Below are positions 1-10,975 of a DNA stretch of 38,130 bases, in pieces. The first letter of the stretch is position 1. Each line of letters opens with the position of its first letter. Source of the DNA: Octopus bimaculoides (taxonomy: Eukaryota); contig NC_068981.1 of the NCBI RefSeq assembly GCF_001194135.2, positions 146,543,682 to 146,581,811 on the forward strand, read 5' to 3'. The position numbers and the translations under genes are program-made. Below the pieces are notes generated by a model, which was given only the letters and a program-made list of their open reading frames with translations, had not been told where the DNA came from and did not search any database.

Positions 1-356
1 TTGTTAACGATGGCTCCTGTTAACGCCCTCTTAATTAATTCGCTAATCCGGTTCCTGTAAACCTGCCGCGCTAAGAGCGAAGCGTTCAGTTTCCAGTAAC
101 CGGGACCCTGCCTATGTGTCTTATCTAAGTCGAGCGTACACGTCACAAATTTGTGATCTGTGTAGCTGACTATTTTAAATTGTGGACATCCTACACTATC
201 TCTATCCGCTGTCCTACATAGAACTCTATCTAGATACGATCTCGACGATCCGACGCGGTTTGTCCAAGTCCACGTTGGCACGTTCGGATGGTCGAGTCGG
301 AACTTGTCAGACAAATGGAAACGTCTGAGCAGGTCTTTGAGGCGCTTACATCCCAA

Positions 357-636
357 GCATATATGTATATATGCGTGTGTGCATGTGTGTTTGTGTGTGC
401 ATGCGTGCACATCTATGCATGTATGTATCTATGTGTATGCATACACGTGTGTATGTATATGTGTATGTATTCAAGTAAATATGCATGTATGTATACGAAT
501 GCATACATGTGTGTGTGTGCGCGCGTGCGTGAATGTGCTCGAAACTTCGAAATCACAAGCAACCTGTATTTCTGTCTAACAGAAAATATATACGTGGGTG
601 TGTAATCATATATATGATATTATATGTGTGTGTGCA
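357..636. repeat. Degenerate (TG/TA) microsatellite
   Basis: Directly visible. Confidence 0.9.
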
Positions 637-1659
637 TGAGTGTATCGTATTGCAGATCGTTTTTCTTCCATCACAAAAGAAAATAAAGTTTATCTGTCTC
701 TGAAATCTCTAGTCAATGTCAATTTGCCATCCATTACTGATATCGCATTCTTTTTTCTAAACTTCGAGGCGCTTCCGGTTACCTTTGTATGTTCATCGAG
801 GAAAAGATTAAAAACAAAAATAAAAATAATAAATAAAGTCGATAAATGTTTCCAATTGATATGAATCTTTCAGCGATCAGGTTCTGTCGAGAAAATTTGT
901 TATTCTGTGTCACACAAACAACTAACACTTAATTCATTTTTAAATCAGAGTTGGGTTGATAAGCATTTTATTTATTAGTCATTTGTCATTTTCTTTCCCC
1001 TTTTGTTCTTGTTTTTTTTTTTGGGGGGGGGGGGGAATTGCTCTTTTTTTTCTTTTTTTTCTGTTCTATTTCATCGGAGATGGATTATAGGATGAAATAC
1101 AAGGAAACTATTAATGGTCTACGTTGGCAATGATTATACCGTAAAAGATAAGTTCAGTTGCTATGGGCAATGAAGAATTATTTGTGGAAGCCTACCAGTA
1201 GAATCGTTCTTAGGATCGTTCTTGTGTGAAAGCCATAATCCTTTATCCGTGTCTAACACTACCTTCCGGTCCTTGGGTGCTTCAGGCAGCGATCACATTG
1301 TTGCAAGCATTCGGGCTAGTTCTCCGGTCACAGAATAAATTGACTTTGTCCTTTCTTCCCACCAGTCAAAAACGCCCCACACAGGATCGTGAATACTGCC
1401 ATTCTTCCTTTGGTTTACGTCATCTGTTTTTTTTTTTTAATTTAACGTTTCGAGTTCTTGTTCTTTGTATGAGAGAGGGAAACATACAAAAAGTGTTTCG
1501 CTGTCAACTAGAATTGACTGATGCTTCTTTTGCTGCAATTGCTGTCCTTGTGTTTTTGCTGCAGGTTAATTATGATCGATCTAATTCTCTAATGTGCTCT
1601 TCCCGTTTTCAGATCGTGCAGTGTAATTTAAGAGACAGGTTAACTACTATTCTAGCAGG

Positions 1660-2752
1660 TAACAGGTAGCATCAGCGGGTGGAGATCCCCTTGCTGTCAG
1701 ATGTCCTTATACATCGTTGATCACAGTACGCTTCCATTCTTCTGATTTTGCCTCTCTCTTCCATTTGGGTCCGGGTTTTTTAGGGTGTTTTGGTTTTTGA
1801 GGGTTGTTTTACTATATCATCTTCCCATTGTTTTGCATGTCTTCTATCTACTCTCTACCAACCTTTTGGATACCATGCAACACCTATACGAGTCCACCTG
1901 TTGCCTGTGAGCGTTGCGACATATCCAATCCAGCAGAACTTTGGCATTCGATGCCGTGATCACATCGTTCACGCCATCCCATTCTTGAATTATCTTGTTT
2001 TGGATATGCTTCCACAATGGCATTGCTAGTATAGATTTTCCCAAGTCCCGCTATACCATAGCTATTCTCTGTTGTTCCTTCATCTTAGTAGCCCATGACT
2101 CACTTGCATATAAGAGCGCAGATAAGACGGTGATATTGAAGAATGGCACATAGAGTATTGTCTGGCTGAGCTTTGAGCACATCTTTAATCGAGGCAAATG
2201 CTTTCTTTCTTGCGCAAGGTTTCAGAACTGATGTCTTGCTATATATTGATTGTCTGTCCCAAATAAACGCACTCCTTCATCTTGTCAATTTTATCGCTTC
2301 CTGCCACTGCTCAGCGTTTTTGGACTGCATGTATTTTGTTTCCACATGTTTTTTTTTCAGGCCTACAACTGAACTCAATGTGTACAGTTCTTTCAGTATG
2401 GTCTGCAGCAAGGTCCCTGGCGATTTTTGAGACATGCATTGAAAAGCTTTAGTCATGGTACCTCCTTGTTTGACGCCCTTGCGGACTGAAACTCTTATGG
2501 GTAGTGATGATTGAGATATATCGATGGCACATCCCTAGCTCGCCTCCCTGAGAGGGTCAATATATTGTGCCCCGTTTCCTTGCATTTCAGCGAGAATTCA
2601 GCGTTGCATTCAAATGGATGCCGTCGAATGCTTTTAAGTAATCTATGAGGACGATGCAAGAAGACAGCTTATGCTCTTTCTCTCGTTCTAGAAGTTGTGT
2701 TGGAGCGAATATGCAGTCTAGTGTCGTAGTCTTTCCAAAGAAACGAACCTTC
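1660..2752 (-). mobile_element. RTE-clade LINE, RT and C-terminal portion (degraded, YADD region deleted)
   Basis: Minus-strand translation across frameshifts: TTLDCIFAPTQLLERE..IVLIDYLKAFDGI; VRKGVKQGGTM..KLFNACL; ECVYLGQTINI; VLSALLYASESW; WIGYVATLTGNRWTRIGVAWYPKGW..QWEDDIV. Confidence 0.9.
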
Positions 2753-3192
2753 ATAATAAACAATAAAATTCTACAAAAACAGAAGGTTATGAAGAGGAAC
2801 GTAAAAGTCGCCTTGAGTATTTCGTTCTCTACAATGCGATAAGACATCTGGAAAGAGACTTCGAGAATTGTTTGAAGAAGCTGCTGTGACTGCAAAAAAA
2901 AAGAGGAAGAAAAATCTTAAGAGACTTCAAGAGAGGAAGGACTCTATAAAAATCGGTGTTGATGGTGCTCATAAATAAAGACAGGCTCAAGGTGACAGAC
3001 AAAACGGTAGTATAGGAGGTCAGTGAAATCTATGACCCCAATCTTACTTTATTAGGAAAGTGATTGGGAAGATCTAAAAAGCAAGCAACCCATATACTTA
3101 TTGTCTCACTTCTGCAAGTTGTTTGTAAAGGTCATAGTCACCAGCCTAGCAAAAAATGTCAGCGACCAACAGCCGAGGGGGAAGCAAGTTTT
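2753..3192 (+). mobile_element. RTE-clade LINE, EN-RT linker and RT start, inverted relative to the adjacent 3' portion
   Basis: Plus-strand translation: LEYFVLYNAIRHLERDFENCLKKLL; VLINKDRLKVTDK..EVSEIYD; ILLY*ESDWEDLKSKQPIYLLSHFCKLFVKVIVTSLAKNVSDQQPR (RTE KGDxEDLKNYRPI...QPREQAGF). Confidence 0.85.
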
Positions 3193-3223
3193 GTATCTTG
3201 AAGCACTAAAGAAACTAAACGAG

Positions 3224-3363
3224 CAAAGATTCCTTCAGTCATGAATGATCATGGGATTACACCTTGAAAGTTTCCTTCCTAGGTACAAGTCCGAGCAAGA
3301 TTGTAAGTCACTACCTCATGATTGTAAGCCCGACGTTCTAACCACTGAGCCATGTGCCTTCAT
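3224..3363 (-). mobile_element. tRNA-derived SINE, internally deleted (head fused to tail)
   Basis: Minus strand begins tgaaggcacatggctcagtggttagaacgtcggg (A-box-like head) and jumps to the tail cttgctcggacttgtacctagg...cccatgatcattcatgactgaagg. Confidence 0.7.
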
Positions 3364-3370
3364 ATGAGAT

Positions 3371-3488
3371 GCTTACAGCACCCAGGTTTCCCCAGCGGTC
3401 ACCCATCTAAGTACTAACTAGGCTCAACGTTGTTTAGCTTCGGTGATCGGACGAGAATCGGTGCATTCAACATGATATGGCCGTTAGC
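3371..3488 (-). pseudogene. 5S rRNA pseudogene (full-length, diverged)
   Basis: Reverse complement GCTAACGGCCATATCATGTTGAATGCACCGATTCTCGTCCGATCACCGAAGCTAAACAACGTTGAGCCTAGTTAGTACTTAGATGGGTGACCGCTGGGGAAACCTGGGTGCTGTAAGC is a 118-nt 5S sequence. It is a single dispersed copy with no oligo-T terminator after it. Confidence 0.9.
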
Positions 3489-3524
3489 AAACTAAAGAAA
3501 CTATATCTGTGTATACTAACACAG

Positions 3525-3695
3525 ACAACACACGCACACACGCACACACATACGCGTGGATATGCAATCATGCCCGCACGCACACATACACACACACACA
3601 CACACTCACAAACACACGCGCACATATACACACATTCATGCGCACCCAGACTCGCACTCATAGACACGCACGCGCGTGCACATACATACACACAG
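3525..3695. repeat. Degenerate (CA)n microsatellite
   Basis: Directly visible. Confidence 0.9.
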
Positions 3696-4340
3696 ACATT
3701 TTTTTCAAATTCATAAAATTATGCCATTTATACCATGAAAAAATAACTACTGAAGAAAAGATATTGATATTTCTTTTGCAAATTGTTCAATTATTTAATA
3801 ACCATTTATGTTCCAGTTAACGATTCTGTTTATGAAAAGTAATTTTACTTTTGATGTGATTTTGAAAAAATTTGAATTACACAAATCAATTTTCTTTTGC
3901 TGGGCCTGTTTCCTTTTTCAATTTCCTTACATTGAAGACTTTATCAGTTAATTTATTCTTAATAATTATGTTTCTCTTTCAGGTCGTCGGAACTTCTGTT
4001 GAGGTGACAAGCATTTTCCTTGCCAACAATTCCAATCAGCCAAATCAAAAGTTATGGCGGCACTTTTTTAAGATACAAGAATTCATTCAATATACTATAG
4101 AATGCGATAAAATGCAAAGCCTAGTTGTTATTATTTTGTTGTTGTTGTTGTTGTTATTGTTGAACTAAATCAACTGCAATCCAGCTCGCCTATGATCAAA
4201 AGGCATTCCAACCATGACAACCCTGCCCTTTTTGTCTTTCAGACATTGTTTCTATCGTCATATTATCTAATGTAAACGTTAGGGTGTTACTTGAGGTAGA
4301 GTTGGCTGCTAAATTTAGCAGTACGAACGACCATGTAGAA

Positions 4341-5090
4341 CAGTAGTTCTCAAACTTTTTCAAAGAATTTTACGTGCCGGTCCCCTTACGGTTTTTTTTC
4401 GATGATCCTATAAAATGTAGGATAATTAACATAGAAAAAATTACATACATTCGTGTACCGTATTTTCTGGACTATGAGATGCACTGCCCATGAACCTGCA
4501 ATCCCGAAAACTACAACTTAATCCATGCAATAGCCCATTGAGGCTATGTTCGGCTCTGTTTTAGAAAAGGCAACCCTCATAACTGGTGTGACATCCAGTC
4601 AATATCCTAACTTCGTTTTAATGGCAAGGAGAGTGGAAAACGCGGTCTCACACTCATAGGTGGTTGGAAATTGCATCAGTACGTCAAGAGTCATCTTTGT
4701 GACATCAGGATATCACCGTGCCATTTCAATCCAAAAGTCAGAACAGCATATTTCACAGAAAAAAGAATTTTGCACCTCCATCATTGACCAAATCAATGAA
4801 CTATTCTTGAATGAGATTGTCTTCTGTAGGCTGATCGCCAGCACAGAGTACAAAGGGGTTCCTGATAAAGCTGCAGTTTTTGTCAAGTTCTCCATTTATT
4901 GAACTGGGATACTTCGTTTCGAAGTACCTCCTTAACTTGCTGGACTTTAGTTAAGTAATCGCCAAAACCTCGGAGCACAAAAAGACATTATGGCTTCTCT
5001 TCTCCACCAGACTTTATCACAGTAAAACTGAATTTCAAATAAGATTCGTCATATCTCATTTTTTTTTCTTTGGGGGCATTGTAAAAAAGA
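4341..5090 (-). mobile_element. hAT (Charlie/Buster-type) transposon relic, internally deleted
   Basis: Terminal cagtagttctcaaactttt at 4341. Minus strand gives N-terminal MRYDESYLKFSFTV..GEEKP*C..SKLRRYFETKYP and C-terminal dimerisation domain FIDLVNDGGAK..SDFWIEMAR*YPDVTK..FPTTYECETAFSTLLAIKTK. Confidence 0.8.
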
Positions 5091-5380
5091 TAAAATCCAG
5101 TAAACCAATTTAATATAACTACAGTGTATATTTATTTCTCATTTATCATATACTACGGGTGTGTATATATGCCTTATTGTAGCCAGCTTTTGGTACCAAT
5201 TAGCAAAAAAGCTTACCTCTCGCTACTAATTGTTGAAGAAAACCAAATGTAAGTGAGCGTTGTTTTGTCCGTATATATATATATATAGTTCAAAAAAACA
5301 ATAACAAAAAAACAAAAAAACAACAAAGTGAGGACGTGATATGGATAGTATTATTGGACGCTCAGGAAAGGAAAGAGAGA

Positions 5381-5414
<34 letters not shown>

Positions 5415-5585
5415 GCATACCTTGGCTTAAGTCGTTTCGATTTAAGTCGTTCTCGATTACACGTCAGTTTTCAAAAATAATATATGGAAAAATAAAAATC
5501 AAGTCATTTTACTCGACTTTACGTCTGTCCGCCACAAATATTGGAATCGTAAAATCACTAGAAAACCTTTAAAAGCACATAAAAT

Positions 5586-6131
5586 NNNNNNNNNNNNNNN
5601 NNNNNNNNNNNNNNNNNNNNNNNNNNNNNNNNNNNNNNNNNNNNNNNNNNNNNNNNNNNNNNNNNNNNNNNNNNNNNNNNNNNNNNNNNNNNNNNNNNNN
5701 NNNNNNNNNNNNNNNNNNNNNNNNNNNNNNNNNNNNNNNNNNNNNNNNNNNNNNNNNNNNNNNNNNNNNNNNNNNNNNNNNNNNNNNNNNNNNNNNNNNN
5801 NNNNNNNNNNNNNNNNNNNNNNNNNNNNNNNNNNNNNNNNNNNNNNNNNNNNNNNNNNNNNNNNNNNNNNNNNNNNNNNNNNNNNNNNNNNNNNNNNNNN
5901 NNNNNNNNNNNNNNNNNNNNNNNNNNNNNNNNNNNNNNNNNNNNNNNNNNNNNNNNNNNNNNNNNNNNNNNNNNNNNNNNNNNNNNNNNNNNNNNNNNNN
6001 NNNNNNNNNNNNNNNNNNNNNNNNNNNNNNNNNNNNNNNNNNNNNNNNNNNNNNNNNNNNNNNNNNNNNNNNNNNNNNNNNNNNNNNNNNNNNNNNNNNN
6101 NNNNNNNNNNNNNNNNNNNNNNNNNNNNNNN
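5586..6131. other. Assembly gap (546 N)
   Basis: N run. Confidence 1.
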
Positions 6132-6428
6132 CACGTGACAACTAGCTGGGGCTGCCTGCTGGAGCCTAGCAGCAGATATAAAAAGGGGAACTTGACACGA
6201 CGATCAGTCGGACGCTGACACTCGTTGATGCTGCATCGAAGAGGCCAGGGAATAGAAGAAAGAAGACATGCACCCAACACCAGAGCTGAAGACACCTCCG
6301 AAAGGAGGGGCCCCGCCACGTCAAAACGGTAGAGGAGTAGGGGCCGAAACCGGACGTGGTTCCTCCTGGTGATGTCTTCAGCTAACTGGATCCTATAAAG
6401 GAGCTGTTGTGGTAGCAGACCACGAAAC
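6132..6428 (+). mobile_element. LTR-like fragment nested in the Tigger copy (5' end hidden in gap)
   Basis: GC-rich island with TATAAAAA at 6177, initiator-like TCAGT about 29 nt downstream, and an end at ...gaaaCA. No coding homology seen. Confidence 0.4.
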
Positions 6429-8159
6429 ATGGTTGAAATTCCTCCTATAAAATCATATTAAAATACGTACAGTAAATGTTACGATACACACCGTAGTGTA
6501 ACTTAGAGAACGAAATCATGAAATCAGCTGTTGTCTTATTTATCGGTCTTTCGGAGCTCATATTGCACTGTAGTTCCAATACCTACTGTTAGGCGTCATT
6601 GTCACTCGTGATTCCCGCGATTGTTTTGAATTCAGATTTGTCTACGTCTATTTATCGGCTACTTTCTCATTCTCATTCATTTGTGACTTTATTTTTTGAA
6701 AGTCCTCTTTCTCTTTGGATTGTTAGGTTGAATCGTCAGCGTGCTACTATTATTCAAGAAATCATTCAAGAGAAAGTGCTGTCTTTTGTTTGAGAACCCG
6801 AAGAAAAGATATCCAGATCAGAAAGATGTAGAGTTCAAGGCAAGTTAAGGATGGTTCATGAGATTTAAGGAGCGAAGAAGTTATCACTCCATTAAGAATC
6901 AAGGTGAAAGTGCATCAGCTGATGAACAAGCAGCAGCGGAATTTCCTAATGCATTAAAGAAACATCATCGAAGAAAACGGGTTTCTTCCCGAACAGATTT
7001 TTAACGTAGACGAAACTGGATTGTATTGGAAATAATTGCCAGACTGTTCATTCATTTCCAAAGAGAAAACTATTCCAGGCTACAAGGTCTCAAAAGAACG
7101 TGTGACCATTATGTTGGGAGGCAATTGTGCAGGAGATTTTAAGTTAAAGTCATTGCTTTTGTATCATGCACACAACACCCGTGCCCTGAAGAACATACCA
7201 AAGGCATCTTTCCCTGTTATACGGATGGCTAATTCAAAAGCATGGGTTACTGTTGTTTTTTAAGATTGGTTCTTCAATCATTTTATCCCAGCAGCAGAGT
7301 ACTGTAAGGAGAAGTGGATTCTTTTTAAGGTTTTACTTATCTTATATAATGCTCCTGGCCACCTGCAAAACATCGTAGATTTTTACCCCAACGTTACTGT
7401 CGTATACCTCCCTCCGAACACCACGTCTCTTCTGCAGTCAATGGATCAGGGAATAATTGCTACCTTCAAGCGTTACTAAATGAAGCGTACGCTGCAGCAA
7501 GCAATAGCTGCAACTGGTCTTGATGAGTCCACCACACTTCGTGATTTTTGGAAGAGATACGATATCTACAAGGCTGTACAGAATATAGCAGCGGCATGGA
7601 ATGATGTACAGAGCACGGCTATGAATGGTGTATGCCCGCAATTCGTGAATGATTTTAAGGGGTTTCATAATGTTGCCATCAACAAAACGTTGGTGACTAC
7701 GAGCAAAGAACTTGAAATGGATTTGGAGAAGGAGGAGGATTTCACAGATTTATTTGAAAAAGACAAGCAGCTGCTGACGAACGAGGATTTGATAGAGCTT
7801 CACGAGCAGCAAAATAAAGAAGAAGAGAAAGTCGAACCTGAGCCACGTCACTTTACCATTAAGGAAATGCAGCAAGCATTTGCATTTATCGAAAAAGGCT
7901 TTTCTATGTTCGAAGATATGGATCCAAAATGCTCAACGCTTTTCCAAGATTGTGGGGGCTTGTTACAAAGCTTTTGCTCCTTATAATGTAATCCTTGAGG
8001 AAAAGAAGAAGAAAACAGTTCAAGGAACTCTCAGCCGGTTTTTAAGCGCATCGAACAAGAACAGCCACCATACATACATACGCTATCACACGCATACACA
8101 CATGCTATCACACACACGCACGCGCGCATACACATGCGAACACACACACTCACAGATAC

Positions 8160-8445
8160 CAACCATTCTTCATACTCTCCTGTCCCAGAAAGCACTTTTT
8201 GTTTTTGTCCTTCTACTTCCGGTCATTTCAAAAATCTAACTACACGTGGATTGTTGGCGAATTTTTCCTCCTTCTTCCTTTTCATTTGGACTTTCCTATG
8301 TCTTCTATTTCCGAAAAAGAACTACGCTTGAAACGTAAAACAACCACTCTTTCCTTCCTTGAGCGTCTTATTAATACTTTGCATGTGCTACGTCCTCACG
8401 TTTTTTCTTGTTTTTTTTCTCCGTTTTTTAATCAATCATATATAT
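8160..8445 (+). mobile_element. Penelope-like terminal fragment (tentative)
   Basis: Contains ...ccgaaaaagaactacgcttgaaacgtaaaac..., resembling the hammerhead-bearing end of Penelope pLTRs, followed by a T-rich run and (TA)n. Assigned from memory only. Confidence 0.4.
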
Positions 8446-8781
8446 ATATATAACGAAGGCGTTATAAGTTCAACAGTTGTTTCTGGTGGCTCGGAGATCC
8501 ATCATAATGTAGGTAGACGTAGTTCTAAAAACACCTTTCTTCCACTCCTTTATATATTGATCTTAAATATTCATCGTCTGAAAGTGTCCAGTTTTTGCTT
8601 TCTCTTGTTTTGCATGTATACATTTATACACATTTTGTATTTCATACCCAAACTGTTATATTTAATATATCCAATTTGTTTATCCGCATAATTGCCTCTA
8701 TATCTGCTCAACTTGATCCATCTTATAGCCATTCTTTACCCAGTGAAATTGATTCCCAGTAACGACAACGGAGTCTAAGTT

Positions 8782-8947
8782 TGAATCATTTGAGCACTAC
8801 TAAGTAGCTGATACTTTTTCAATCGACCCCGAAAGGATGAAAGGCAAAGTCGACCTCGGCGGAATTTGAACTCAGAACGTAACGGCAGACGAAATACCGC
8901 TAAGCATTTCGCCTGGTGTGCTGACGTTTCTGCCAGCTCGCCGCCTT
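8782..8947 (-). mobile_element. Octopus-type tRNA-derived SINE (family A)
   Basis: Reverse complement aaggcggcgagctggcagaaacg...gttctgagttcaaattccgccgaggtcgactttgcctttcatcctttcggggtcg; recurs several times in the window. Confidence 0.85.
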
Positions 8948-9095
8948 TCATGCAAAGATATATATATATAGGCTGTGTGATGACACCTTACCAACACACC
9001 TTGTTACAAATCCATTACCTAAATAAATCATCTAAAAGTACGAGAGGCATTTTATCGGTCTAATTTTCGACAGTTATTTCAGTGATTTCTTTTTT

Positions 9096-9132
<37 letters not shown>

Positions 9133-9180
9133 NNNNNNNNNNNNNNNNNNNNNNNNNNNNNNNNNNNNNNNNNNNNNNNN
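9133..9180. other. Assembly gap (48 N) after (TG)n
   Basis: N run. Confidence 1.
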
Positions 9181-9544
9181 CGTGCGTGCTTTTCTAAAGT
9201 AACGATTCTCTAAATACATCAATTTCAGGTCTTCCTATAAATGACAGCTCAGTTCAAAAGTATAGATTTCCTTTAAAGAATGAGAAGAGGAAAATTTAAA
9301 CCAATAAAAACTCTGAACAAAGAAGCAAAAAATTTGTTTTCAAGTTTTTTTTTATAGTTAATGAAATATCATTTAATCATTAGATATTATGATGGATAAT
9401 TCGGCCTCCTAAATAGCAGCCATTAATTATTGCAAAGGGTTAATTAATAAATTTAATAATGTTATTTTCATCTATCATAAGATCATTGTTCGATAAATTA
9501 ATTCTGATATCATTAAATATGTAGCATAATTGTATATGAGCATT

Positions 9545-9606
9545 GTTTGTTTCTTTGTTGTTGTTATCGTTATTATCATCATTGTTGTTGACGTTGTTGT
9601 TGTTGT

Positions 9607-9638
<32 letters not shown>

Positions 9639-9712
9639 CAGCTCTTATTGTTGCTTTTCTTGTTGATATTGTTTGTTGCTGCTGCTGTTTCTGCTGCTTC
9701 TACTGCTGCTCT
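9545..9712. repeat. Compound (GTT)/(GCT) trinucleotide tract
   Basis: Directly visible. Confidence 0.9.
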
Positions 9713-9957
9713 AAAACAGTTTCATCTTTGGAGATGTCAGATCAAATCTGTGATTCGCAGGTTCATCGCCTTGAGCTGCGCTATAATTAAATTTCCAGTG
9801 ATATAAGAAGGCTTCTGTTTCAACCCTAGACTGATCGCTGTCTTGAGATCTTATTCGAACTTCCGTTTAATACAATCGCTATTTTCCTCAGAGGACTATT
9901 TTCCCCCTTCTTCATTTCTTTCAAATATTGTTTACAATTATAGCTTCTTTATTCTCA

Positions 9958-10170
9958 GGTGATGAGCGAGTGGAGTTGTTAGAGCATCGGAAAAATGCCT
10001 TGTAGTATTTGTTTCGGTGTTTTAAGTTCTAAACTCCGTCAAGGTCAGCTTTGACTTTCGTACCTCGTCATCGATATAATAAAATATCAGTCAACTAGTA
10101 GGGAGGATGTTATCGATTAACTCCTGGCCCTTAAAACTACTGGCCTCCAACCTCAATCAGAAGCCATTCT
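9958..10170 (+). mobile_element. Diverged family A-like SINE
   Basis: gttagagcatcggaaaaatgcc...aaactccgtcaaggtcagctttgactttc aligns by eye to family A. Confidence 0.6.
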
Positions 10171-10299
10171 TTCTTTAATTCATTTATGTTTCTTGCTATT
10201 TTTTCTGATAATCAGTTGTGTTTGTATTTCTGCTCCTTCTCTCTTTAAAGTATAATAATGACATTAACTTTACTTTCAATTTAGTAATATACTAAGCAT

Positions 10300-10520
10300 G
10301 GAAGCGGCGATCTAGCAGAATTATTAGTATGCCAGGGAAACTGCTTAGCCACATTTCGACTATCTTCACATTCTGAGTTCAAATTCTGCCAAGGTCGATT
10401 TTGCCTTTTATCCTTTCGTGATCGATAAAATAAGTACCAGTTGAACACTAGGGTCAATATAATCGACTAGCGCCCACCCTTGAAATTGCTGGCCTTGTGC
10501 CAAAATTTGAAACCAATATA
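10300..10520 (+). mobile_element. Family A SINE
   Basis: gaagcggcgatctagcagaa...ttctgagttcaaattctgccaaggtcgattttgcc...ttgctggccttgtgccaaaatttgaaacc. Confidence 0.85.
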
Positions 10521-10739
10521 CTAAATATGGGCCTCAAGGGTGACTGACACCAAACGACAGAAAATATTCAAGATTCTACAGACGAGTACTGCAAATCTAT
10601 TAGATAATCCGAAGAACAAACGACTGAATTCTTTAAGCGATAGGAATGGACCGAACTCTGATGACAATAGTCAGACTATGAATACTGCAATAATATGGCC
10701 TTGTTATCGGGGCCCAGATCCTTTATACTCGCATCCTTG

Positions 10740-10975
10740 AAGACTGAATGTACGATGATATCCATTCAAGGTTTGAAATTCTCCATCTTCATCTAAAAGA
10801 GGAATAGTGACCTTCACTTGTTTGGGTCTCCTAAATAAATGGAGTTTGGTACATTTGTTGTCTTCCATGAAAATTGAAACCCTATTGAAGTCACAAGAGG
10901 GACCATGAACCACATAGGTTTTATAAAGCTCTTCATCCCTACAAGGATCTGGAAGCTCTGCAGATATCAAGAAAT
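10740..10975 (-). mobile_element. Helitron Rep domain fragment
   Basis: ISAELPDPCRDEELYKTYVVHGPSCDFNRVSIFMEDNKCTK matches the Helitron Rep motif ISAEIPD...MIHGPCG...CMxDGKCTK. Confidence 0.75.

Larger units (their letters stand above)
5412..8065 (+). mobile_element. Tigger/pogo transposon with pseudogenised transposase (about 6695-8060), interrupted by a gap and an insertion
   Basis: TA followed by Tigger-type TIR caggcatacctt at 5412. Motifs with stops and frameshifts: IIQEKVLS, FKAS*GWFMRFKER, EQIFNVDETGLYWK, KVSKERVTIMLGGNCAGDFKLK, SKAWVT, LLILYNAPGH, LPPNTTSLLQSMDQGII. Right TIR not found. Confidence 0.9.

Noticed and set aside
230-605. ORFs rich in C/V/Y/M or H/T
   Set aside because: Translations of microsatellites; the same applies to ORFs at 3467-3820, 13350-13622, 21679-22154, 24936-25801 and 36068-36343.
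1200-1655. 147-aa plus-strand ORF, or a possible minus-strand endonuclease relic
   Set aside because: No recognisable protein. Minus-strand fragments gave conflicting weak resemblances (APE versus RLE), so it is left unassigned.
3984-4075. Good-looking plus-strand acceptor tttctctttcAG as a possible exon
   Set aside because: No homology or partner exon; the surrounding sequence (aatcagccaaatcaaaagttatggc) looks like a DNA-transposon end.
5499-6430. Long ORFs of 190-290 aa
   Set aside because: Artefacts of the N gap.
9530-9806. Poly-Val/Ala/Leu ORFs resembling membrane proteins
   Set aside because: Products of a GTT/GCT trinucleotide tract.
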